Positions 37,335 to 47,987 of a stretch of 64,000 nt of DNA are shown here, piece by piece. The notes beneath the pieces were generated by a model. It was not told the origin of the DNA, made no database searches, and saw nothing but the letters and a program-made list of their open reading frames with translations. Each line of letters starts with the position of its first letter. Position 1 is the stretch's first letter. The stretch lies in the NCBI GenBank assembly GCA_051294905.1, contig CM119372.1, forward strand, positions 2,854,001 to 2,918,000, written 5' to 3'. Source of the stretch: Botryllus schlosseri. Taxonomy: Eukaryota. The translations under genes were made by a program, and so were the position numbers.

Positions 37335-37873
37335 CGCAGCAGCTATGAAGGTTGCAAGCATGTTTGGTTCAACTTATCGTTGTGAATCAGCCTTTGCGGA
37401 CATGAACTTCATCAAAAACAAACACAGAAGACGCCTCACTAATGAACCTCTGGAACACTCACTCAGAGTTGCAGTGTCAAGTTACATACCAGAGTACAAC
37501 GCACTAGTTGATAGCATGCAATGCCAGGCCCCCCATGACTGATATAGAAACAGATAACATGATGTCCAGTCTAACGTGTGACATGATTTATTTTAAAATT
37601 TGAGCTCACTGTTGTTGTATAATTTATATAAACCTGGCACGAAGTAATTCGTGATTTCTTAAAAAGTCTTGGTGGCTAGCTAGTTGAAATGAGATGTTGT
37701 GATTTAAAACACTCTCTTAGACGTCTTACCGCAATGTGAATCCTGCCCAGTGCTTTGAATATCACAGCGGAAATTCAGTCTGGCACGGGTAAACGGCGAG
37801 AGTAAATGGTGGCCCGTCGATTCAATCAGTACCCAAAAGTATCCCGTGGTTGCAAAAAAGTTGGTGACCCCTG
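37335..37873 (+). mobile_element. hAT (Charlie/Buster, GTF2IRD2/EPM2AIP1-like) transposase 3' end with right TIR, inserted in the LINE
   Basis: SMFGSTYRCESAFADMNFIKNKHRRRLTNEPLEHSLR is the hAT C-terminal dimerisation motif; terminus GTTGGTGACCCCTG at 37873. Confidence 0.85.
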
Positions 37874-37973
37874 CTCTAGACCATATACTTCGCCTACATG
37901 ACACCATTTATAAAGCACTGAACAATCAGAGATCAGTAGTTGCAGTCTTTCTCGGCATCGAAAAAGCCTTGGA

Positions 37974-39450
37974 CAGTGGTTCTCAACCTTTTTGGCTTTG
38001 CGGACCCCTTTTGACTGTCACGGACCCTCGCGGACCCCCTCAAGTTTTAGTTCAATTTTAGCTCTATTATGGTGCAACCTTCATCGGCCTTGTACAAATA
38101 TGAACTGTAGGCTTGTGATAAACAGCAAAATTATGATTTTTCTTGAAAATAACATCATACTATTTATGTAGAAATTAGTAGACCTTTATTATTCCAAAGC
38201 TAATTTTGCTGCTGTATTTCTTAAAGTACGTGGTCGTGTCTTGAAAATCCGCGTCTTCGTTTTGATATGAACGAGGAGTGCCGAAAACCATTTCCGCAAA
38301 GATAGATGGATGCTAATGCAATATTAACGCATAACGCTTCCGACGATACTTTTGGTGTGATCGCAACATTTAGGGCACCAAAATGAATAAACATATATTT
38401 TATGAACATATCGCGTCCAGCATCTAGCGCAGGGACAGGCAACATACGGACCGCGGGCCGGATTCGGCCCGCGACGGCATTTTTATCGGCGCGCAGAGAG
38501 TTTCTACCGTCAAAGTAAAACCCTAATCTAAAAGTATAAACAAATTTTATGCGCCAAAGAATGGATCCAAGTTTTCCAACCTGACAAAGACTGTCATGAA
38601 ACGACTTGTTCTGTTCGGGTTTACATATATATTTAGGAGAAAACATTTTCGACCATGAACAATTGAACATTAACAAGACAAGGCTGCATGCCAATATTAC
38701 TGGTGATATGAATTTCAGGGTCGGAGCGCAATGCTTGATAGCAACGATACACTCCTTGTTCATAAAAAATCAACCTTGTCGATAGGGCATCCGCATCCGC
38801 AATAAGAATGTGTCAAATCTGATAGCTGAGCTTTAAGAGCAGGTATATCAATAATATCATTGTCCGATTTATGACGAGTGTCAGCCGAAAATTTTCGGGT
38901 TCATTTTAATATGAATATACTATTCAATTGTATATTGAAGTTCTGTACCTCCAAGAAGCTGTTCAATTATGTATATCACCGGATAAAATGGATTTCGTGG
39001 AGAGGTTTCAATCCCTGCATTGGGACAAATTAGAGAGATACTTCGGAAATTTTTATTTCAAACGACTGTTTACTAATTTGATGAGATTGACAACTTCAAA
39101 TAGAGAAGGTTTCGCAGACATGACGAAGTCACCCTGATTGACGTTACTATCTCCATATTTTTATTTTTTCCTCAAACCCCAACAAAACGTCTCTAAACGG
39201 CAATATGTTCGTATCAGACGGTTATTGGAAAATTGGCAATGAAAATGAATCTCTACACTACGATAGTTCATGTCAGACGATTATTATGATGATAGGAGTC
39301 ATGAGGTTTTAGCAGTTGTGGTGCGAAACTGCCACATGCTTTCTCAAATTATTAAATAAAATAAGAATTAGGTTTTCAACTATTGGAAAAATTTAGAGGT
39401 CTCGCGGACCCTCTGAAATTTTTTCGCGGACACCCGGTTGAGAACCGCTG
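37974..39450. mobile_element. hAT MITE (with internal fragments of other repeats) inserted in the LINE RT domain
   Basis: CAGTGGTTCTCAACC ... GGTTGAGAACCGCTG; the RT motif EKA.D|MVW resumes on either side. Confidence 0.85.
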
Positions 39451-42400
39451 CCTAGGATATGGTATGGCGAAATGGTTTGCTCTATAAATTGTCTGCCCTC
39501 GGCATACATGGGAGGATGCTGAAATGGATATCAGATTTTCTTCGCGACAGATCGTTCTCGGTTCGCATTGGTTCCCCGCTATCCACCCCATTTCAACTTA
39601 AAAATGGTCTTCCGCAAGGTAGCGCTATATGCCCCATCCTCTTTGCAGAGATGACAAATGATTTGGCGACCTTATTGCAGGTGGGAAATGGTCTTTTTGC
39701 TGACGGCTGTGCAGTATGGGACAGTGAGTTGTCAATAACTAACGCAGCGGCGGAAGTTCAAAAATCATTAGTCGTGATTATCAAATGGTGCCCCGAGTGG
39801 GGTTTCAAGATCTCTACTGACAAGTCAATTGCCGTGATTTCACCAGAAAAATTAAAGTTGGTAATCATACGCTCGATTTCGGTGGAGTTCCGTTACGATT
39901 TGAAGATAAAGCGAAGTATTTGGCAGTCACATTTGATAGAAGACTAACATACAAATATCACATTGAAAATATTGCCTCGAAATGTACGAAGCGTTTGAAT
40001 ATGATACGACTCCTAACCGGTACTTCTTGCGGGGCAAGTCGATCTTCTCTATTACAATTGTAGCGAGCGATAAATAGGAGTACAATCGATTACGCGATGC
40101 CAGCATACTTTTTTGCCGCAAAGAAACATTTGGATAAACTGAATATCATACATAATCAAGCTCTGAGGCTCCGTTGCGGTGCAATGCGAAGCACTCCGAT
40201 TTGCGCTTTAGAAGCCGAATGTAACGAGATGCCGCTTCACACCTGGCATTTAGACCTTTGCCTTAATTATCGCTGTTTTTTTCTTGCTCATTCCGCCGAC
40301 AACAATCCAGCAGAGGAATTATTAGATGATACCTGGCACGAAATATACTGTTTGACAAATCCGAAATTTTGAACCTTCAACCTTCTGTCAAAAATCGACT
40401 TGCTCCAGCATTTCAGAATAGATACGTATCGACACACAACTGTGCAACCATGGAAAATTCCTGTTCCCTGGGTAGATTTTCATCTACTACATTTCAAGCG
40501 GTCAAATATTTCATTTGAACAGATACGTCAGGATTCCATGTCATATATAAAAGAAACAGACATTGGATACGACCATATTTATACGGATGGCTAAAAAAAC
40601 GACTTTGGAACGTTATGTGCAGTGTATATCCCAAACCACGTCGTGTCGATAACCAAACGATGTTCCTTGTATTCGTCAAGCTTCACAGCTGAACTAACTG
40701 CAATCTCCGAGGCACTGAGGTGGATTTTAGAAAACGGTTCGTATGTCCAGAAATATTTACTACTGTCGGACAGTTTCAGTGCATTGCAACATCTACAAAA
40801 AGCGCGTTTCCGAAGGATGAGTAAGATATCAAATGAAATTTTTACTAATCCACTTGAGCTTGAATTCCAGAAAGTACATATTATCTTCGTTTGGATACCA
40901 GCACGCGTCGATATTAAAGGCAACGAGACGGCAGACCAATTGGCAAAGTCCGCAGCAACGTCATCTGAAGGGCGGAATCCTACAATTACAGTTTTGACGA
41001 GGCATGAAGCGAAGCAAGTCATACTGAAATATTGCAAGCAAATTTGCAACCAACATTACCTCGAAGAAGATAAAGGCTATCATTTCAAACTTTTTCGTGA
41101 ATCCCTTCATCATAGTACACCACCTCTTGAATATCGCCTAAGCGACCGAATATTATTTCGATTGCGCTCAGGTCATTGCGGATTGAACGCACACTTGTTC
41201 AAGATTGGATCGCACCATCACCAAATTGTAGCTCCTGCAATGAATCTGAGACGGTTGAGCACTTTATATTATATTATATTATATTATATTATAAAGTGCT
41301 CAAGCGTCTCAGATTCATGCAAGGGGCAGTTCATTATAAAGTTTATAATGAACTGCCCCTTGCATGAATTTCATAGAACGTTCCTGCGTCGTGCTTGTGT
41401 TTGTATGAACATTCCATTTCGCCTCGTGAACTTACTAACGGTTCCAACCATTTTGAAATACGTGGTAGAATATGTGCTGAGTTGTGATCGATATATTTGA
41501 ATTGCTGCTAATTAAAATTGAGTATTGTCGTGGCGCACAAGACCTAATGGTGATAGGCGCCACTCTTTTTCTTCTTCCAATAAATAAATAAATGATGTGG
41601 TCTCAAATTAAAGATAAAATCTGGAAACTGTTTTTGCCAGCAACTATTTCCCTAGAAAGCTGTCTTTCGCGGCCACATATTATGGAACATTCATTTTGTA
41701 ATTATTAATACAATGTTGATGCATCACTTTCATAAAAATAGTGATAACATTTATTTCTAGGGAAACTTTTTTACAGCATGCGGGAGCTTCCTAACTTATC
41801 AGAATTTATTTAGTATGATGTTTTAAGCTGTTTTCTGGAATTTTGATCGCAACTTTCTGAACCTTTTTCTACATCCTTTATCCAGTATTGCGCAAAATGT
41901 GAAGAAGTCATTTAAAAAAATGCTATAAAACTATTTCTAGTATGGGTCTATTCCTTTCGATTTGCATAACAAAGATCTATGTGTTGGTGCATCTTAATAT
42001 CATCTGTGACGCAATAGTTGGCTCGCAAGCTAGAAGTTCAGCAGCCCCAGCCAAGCACGGCAGCGCCCGAACTAACTTAGAAGTTGAAGTATGACTTGGA
42101 TTTTGGCCAAGCCCGCGCAAACGGAAACCGATTGTGTCTCGTCTTTCGTGGACAAGTTTTGTTGAGACAGCTTAATTAGTTTAACGCTGTGTTTATAAAA
42201 GTATACATTCGGTATTTTGCAGGTAAGAAGTGATAATCTTGATATATGTGAAATAACAATCTAAGGAAGTGGATATCCAACTTGCGACTGTTACAACTGT
42301 TGGGTTATACAACGGAACCTTTCGAATATCTCATACCCTAATATTTTTTTTTTAAATTTGCGCATAAATTCAACTTATGTTAACATAGGTGCAACTATGT

Positions 42401-43242
42401 CACGATTTCAGTGCAAAAAAAACTTGGCCTAGTTATTACGTTTCTGTTGACGAATTCACCAAGTGACCGAATTTAGTTGTACTTAAAAAAAATAGTTTTT
42501 TTAATTTCAAAAAAAGTCAAAATTTTGATTTTTAGGTCAAAATCTTTCGTTTTTAGGTCAAAAAATTCGCCCAAATGATTTTTTATTTATTTTGAACTAT
42601 GAGCTGCGCACGATAGGCTACCTGATAACATTTTCAGCGACTATGAGGAATCGATATAGGGACTAGCGAGAGACTGCTATCTACTCGTAAAGCGTGATCT
42701 TATGGGGAAACCCAAAGCCGCTTTCTAAGCGGCCCTGTCTTAGCCGTGTCCGGGCCATTGCACGTCAAGGCTGATTCTCTCTCGATGGAATGCTGCTGCC
42801 ATTGCTTATGCTGGTTCAGCTAGTGGGAAGTAGTGATGTTGGGCACAGGAGAATAGCTTATTTTGAAGCAACAACAACCACAACCATATTTTAAAACCGA
42901 AATCAATTCCATCATTTCAAAACGCGTTCTTCCGAAATCTCAAATCAGATCGCGGGCTGCATAATATGACCTCGCGGGCCGCATGTTGGTGACCTCTGAT
43001 CTAATGTGGCTGGCCGACTGCCCCTGCAAGTTTGGACATCGGGAATTTGACTTATAGCATTACATCGGTGTTTCGACGAATTTTAAAGCGCTTTTCATCC
43101 GTGTTTTTAACATTGCTGTGCGCATAGAATATAGTCGTAGTAGGTATGGTAAGTAGGCTATATATTATATGTGGGATATACTGTTTCCCATTCCGTGCCG
43201 AACGCGCTGAGTGCATGTCATCTACTATATACGGTGACGATG

Positions 43243-43709
43243 TTGTTATTATTATTAGCTGTTGTTATTATTATTATTATTGATGAAAATATGAGTGACG
43301 CTTTTCGCCTGTGAGGCCAGGTGCGTCACGGACTAGAATGATCGATCGATATACCAAAATGTGGGCAAGAACCGATTTACAAGTAAGCACCACAGGATAG
43401 AACAAATTCTGCAACATGGGATAACATTTCGGGGATGATCAGTAGATTTTCGAGTGTTGCAGCGATCCCGAGCTCGCGCGCCCTGTCGAATAAGAAGTTC
43501 CGATGAAAATCATATCGATCGCAGTGCAGCAAAAAAATGCTCGACTGTTTCAGGTACTGTACAAGTGTACAATGGTCCCATAGGTCGGTGTCGCTACATC
43601 CAATTTTATATAAATGCGCTTTCGGGCGGCAATGACCTGAACGAAGCCGAAATATTAATCGTTCGTAAAGCCTATGTCGACGCATCGATGGAAAGTGGCC
43701 ATCAGTCAA
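43243..43709 (-). mobile_element. 5'-truncated 3' end of a related RNase H-type LINE with (TAA)n tail
   Basis: RLRSGHC..HLYKIGCSDT..FLLHC..LENLL..EFVLSC; 3' UTR GTGACGC..GCGTCAC stem; (TTA)n on the plus strand at 43245-43282. Confidence 0.8.
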
Positions 43710-44157
43710 TGTTGTTATTGATGATGCTTCGAGGATCTCAGGTAATACAATATTGTATTTCGGTATCCTATACAGTCAACGAAACGTACACTTTTCTAAT
43801 TACGTTACTTGTCCGGGTAAATCTGGGCGTCTGGCAACTTACTACATATATTACATTCTTAAATCAATACTATAAGATGAGGGATAGGGGAGACCGGGGA
43901 CCAATGTAACACGGGGCAAATGTAACAATCGACCTCACCGCTAGTAGATGAAGTTACGTTGAGCTAAGACGCGAGACCCCGGAATAATTTCAAAAAAACG
44001 AAATTTTGGACCCTTGAGTAAATATTTTCTGATCTGGAATAATTTGTTCCAAAGAATAAAACCTCAAGTTGTGACAAAGCAATATATGTAGCTGGAACAA
44101 CGTTACCATAGTCTACCGAGATGATAGGGAAACTATAGGTCTCGCGTCGCCGGGAAG

Positions 44158-46257
44158 CAGGGCTGTGGAGTCGGTAAATTTTACCACCGACTCCGGCTCC
44201 GACTCCGACTCCACACATTTTCAATATACCGACTCCGACTCCGACTCCGACTCCCGAGTCTTTAAACGTACCGACTCCGACTCCGACTCCTGGGTCTTTA
44301 AACGTACCGACTCCGACTCCGACTCCCGACTCCGACTCCAGCATTATTACCAATTTACTTCCAAAATTATACGCCACATTGTCGGTTGAATGACTATCAT
44401 ACAACCATTAAACATATGCAAACATATGATTAACGGTGGCATGCTAAATTGTTTCATTGTGGCACAGCTCGAATTATCCACTATGCAATTAACATGAAAG
44501 AAAGATTTGCTAAATATCCTTATTTTTTAAAGTTTTTATAACATAGACTCTCTAATATCCTGAAATGTATGAATCGTTCAAATATGGCAGATATCCAATC
44601 CTGTATAATAAAAATGTAGATTAAAAATCCAAGTGTAGCTCTTGTGTATGAGTCAGCAACTAATAAAGAAATTGAACTTACTAATTTTGTCATTGCACAC
44701 TATCCTGATTACAAACACAAACACACTTACTACTAATAGACGTTGGTCACTCATAAATGGAATTCAGTTAAGTAGTCAAAGACCATAGCCCAGTATAGTC
44801 CATGTCTAGTCTACATGTACTTAATCAAGTATTCAAGGATCTGAACTTGCAGTCTTTCTTAGTCATTTTTTCGACCCAAGCAGCTAAGCTACACTACAAA
44901 TATTTTTAATTCTGTCAAGTAGGAAGCATCGTTTGGTCATATTTACATCATTTTTACAATTTTACAAAACCAGCCGATGCATTTTCTCTGTCACAGTATC
45001 ATGGTATTCCAAAAATTACATCAATTTTGACTGCATCGCGAAAACGCATCTTGCGATTTTCTTCCCCTATGCAACTGAGTTGTAATTTGCAAGTAATGTC
45101 TAATTTTATCTATATCAGGGGTGGGCAACTTTTTAGGCGAAAGGGACACCTGAGATTTACGAACCATTGCGCGGGCAACTGGAATGTTGATAACCTTTTT
45201 TTAGTCGTCGATAAGAGCGAACCGAATTAGGTAACAATAAAAACAAGACTTATATTAATACGCTCTAAAATTGATAACAATATGTCATGAAACTGTGCAG
45301 TGCGCAATCAGGCCCTGGTCGCGCGAAGCGCGAATTTTTTTTTTGCAAGATAACGACTGAATTAGGCTATATCAATAAATATGTCGCAAACATACATTGG
45401 GGGGCGCATTGTATACCACTGGGCTCATTTGGAAAGGACAGGATTATTCGACGTTTAGACATAGCAAAATCGACAGTATAAGTGAACATGCCTCTATCAT
45501 TGAGTGAAGTTGTTTTGTCGATGATCTCGCTGCGAGTGCACAAGCTAAGCCGCATGTTGGACGACACGTTCTCTCCTAATTGCAAATATAGTTAGACTCA
45601 ATTTCGTGAATTTATAATTTTCAGAAGGGGGCTCAAATACTGAATGCAATAAATCTAGTGACAATGAATCATGCGAAGTACCGAGAAAAATTTCAAGTCA
45701 AATAAATCTGCTATAAGATATTCTACTTTATGGTCACATACGAAAATCAGGGATAAATGTGGCTGGCACCTGGATACGTCAATGCGTCAGAACTGTTGCT
45801 TTAGTCATCATCAAATTTCGCGGTCATGCTAATCAAATTTTGGTTGGCCTTGCAATTGTACCTGATGTCATAAATAATTTCGAGAATTACGTTGCAGGCC
45901 ACACCTAACCTTCTCGTGTGCCAAATTTGGCCTGCGTGCCACGGGCTGGCCGCACCTGATCTGTATGGTTATTAATAACAGCGATTGGTGGTACATAAAA
46001 ATTCTATTGAAAATTCTTTGAAAGCAAATGTTTTCATGATAGAGAAGTTGGAGTCGGAGTCGGAGTCGAAGTCAGGGTCATTCTCACAAACTCCGACTCC
46101 GACTCCAGTCAGTATTTTTCCACCGACTCCGACTCCGACTCCGACTCCAGCTATTATAGTTTTCACGACTCCGACTCCGACTCCGACTCCATCAAGCGAA
46201 AATTACCCCGACTCCGACTCCGACTCCACCGACTCCGACTCCGACTCCACGGCCCTG
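44158..46257. mobile_element. hAT-type MITE with (CCGACT)n subterminal arrays
   Basis: TIRs CAGGGCTGTGGAGTCGG / CCGACTCCACGGCCCTG; perfect 8-bp TSD CCGGGAAG. Confidence 0.9.
45116..45958. mobile_element. hAT-Charlie-type MITE nested in 44158-46257
   Basis: CAGGGGTGGGCAAC ... GGCCGCACCTG; TSD ATCTATAT/ATCTGTAT. Confidence 0.8.
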
Positions 46258-46612
46258 CCGGGAAGGTACCATCCTGAGACATTAATCACGGTCGAGCGTG
46301 TCAGGAGCAATTGTAACACTCTGTTACTTTTGCCCCGTTACAATATCTTTCCAATGCTGAATATATGTGTTCATTTGTTAGTATACCCATTTATCTACTG
46401 CAGATTAATCTTGAAACAGCCAGAAGTTCAATAACACAACAGACTCTACCTGGTCATACCAATTCTACCATGATGCTCTGTCGGAATGGACATACAGAAG
46501 TGGTGATGTGAATCATAGGGTCCGGTTAGTTCCGTGATTCTACTACCCTATCTCATGTTGATCGACTTTTGTTGATCGACCTTCAATGGCCACTTAAGAA
46601 GTTGCTCATGAC

Positions 46613-46808
46613 CAATGTTCCCACTAAGCTGCGCACGTGCGCAAATGCGCAGTGCTGACACGGTCTCTGCGCACGGAAAATCCAAGTTGCGCACAAAAAA
46701 TCCGAAGTGATGACCTTTTATTTTTTATATTTACGCACTGTTTTCCAAGGGTCTGCGCAGTGAGTTGGTGAGTGTGCGCAGACTCGTCCAAAATTAGAGG
46801 GAGCATTG
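46613..46808. mobile_element. Short hAT MITE (second copy at 28825-28988)
   Basis: CAATGTTCCCACTAAG ... TTAGAGGGAGCATTG; perfect TSD CTCATGAC. Confidence 0.85.
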
Positions 46809-47907
46809 CTCATGACTGAATCCTCATCCCCTGACTTTGAGCATGGGCAACTTACATTTTGTCATCTGGTGTGAACAATTTATTTTAATTTTGTACAGAA
46901 CAGGAGAATACCATTAGCTTTGATGCCACGCAATGTTGTGTCCTCGTTTTGCTACACCATCATCGGCCCATTCAACCAATATATTTTAGCCAGGTCGGTT
47001 TTGCATATTCGCAGGTGACCGAATGCCCAACCATTATGCATTATGCACGCTGAACTACAGCACCTTGTTAGAAGAGGCCGAATATGAGTAGGGAGATTAT
47101 GGAATGAATGTGTTTTTTTCTGCACTTTGAGCTCATGCAGAAGGCGCGAAGGATGATAATTTATTCAGATGCCAAAAATGCGATGGGCGTAGCCTGGAAG
47201 CGTTCAAACTTCTCTTTTTAATTTAATTCAATAGTACAATTTGTGCTCCCATTATTGTTGTTCATTTCGTTTGTTTTTAGCTATAAATAACACTGTTACA
47301 ATTGCCCCGCATGATGGGCGTTACAATTGCCCCGGGGTACGGGGCGATTGTAACAGTTATGCGACGATTTTCGCGACCCAAAATTTCCATGATTGATTAT
47401 TGATTGAGTTCCATTTTAGTTTTTATATCAACTCTCGAGTTGTTGGCTTCTTTATATAAAAGTTTGGAAATGAAATATCCACGAGAAAAATACGTAATGT
47501 TCGAAAATACAAAAACTGTTACAATTGTCCCCGGTCTCCCCTACTGCAGGGATGAGAAAAATAATCCACTACCTTGATGCTATGGCGATCGGGCATAGCT
47601 AGACCCGACGACCGTGGTTGATAGAGTGTCCGCACTTTCCGTTTGACGCCATTTTACCAGACCGCCAATGGAGAGCTTATAGTAACTGAGACCAACTGAA
47701 AGCCATTATTTTACGAAGTCCGTGTAAGATGAATTGCTACGACTGGTGAATAATTTATTGAACCTGCTTTAATTCGACTGTCCGTCAATCTGGTGCGCAA
47801 TAAGTGCAAGCAACTTTCGAAGCGATTACTTTATTATCGAACAACATCAATAATGGTGAAAATTAATTAGCTGCTTTATTCGTCGGTTGACCATACCAAC
47901 GTTTGAT

Positions 47908-47940
47908 TATAGATAACTAACCGTAGGTTAGTTATCTATA
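47908..47940. repeat. 33-bp perfect hairpin flanked by a 7-bp direct repeat (micro-MITE)
   Basis: GTTTGAT|TATAGATAACTAACC-GTA-GGTTAGTTATCTATA|GTTTGAT. Confidence 0.8.
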
Positions 47941-47987
47941 GTTTGATTCAATAGACAAGTGAAGAGAGACATCTTCCGGCCGAACCA

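Larger units (their letters stand above)
35440..41593 (+). mobile_element. Decayed near-full-length LINE with RNase H (I/Nimb/Ingi/Loa group), interrupted by several DNA-transposon insertions
   Basis: ORF1 remnant from 35525. APE motifs LQWNCQGL (~36465) and GDFNAHH (~36838). RT motifs AVFLGIEKA..VWRNGLLYKL..GLPQGS..PILF..LFADG (37880-39850). RNase H motifs IYTDG, TAELTAI, SDS, WIPA..KGNETADQLAK (40578-40950). RLRSGH/zinc-knuckle region and a (TAAA)n tail at 41580-41593. Many stops and frameshifts. Confidence 0.9.
43887..47541. mobile_element. Same pogo-like family, copy 2 (inverted relative to copy 1), carrying nested insertions
   Basis: Same TIRs and TA flanks; collinear in reverse with 30693-32062 apart from the inserts. 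Degraded PHD-like C-terminal remnant (AHAE..FRCQKCD) at ~47090-47185. Confidence 0.85.

Noticed and set aside
43964..46434. ORFs with GVGVGV, DSDSDS and TPTPTP repeats
   Set aside because: These are translations of the (CCGACT)n subterminal arrays of a MITE.
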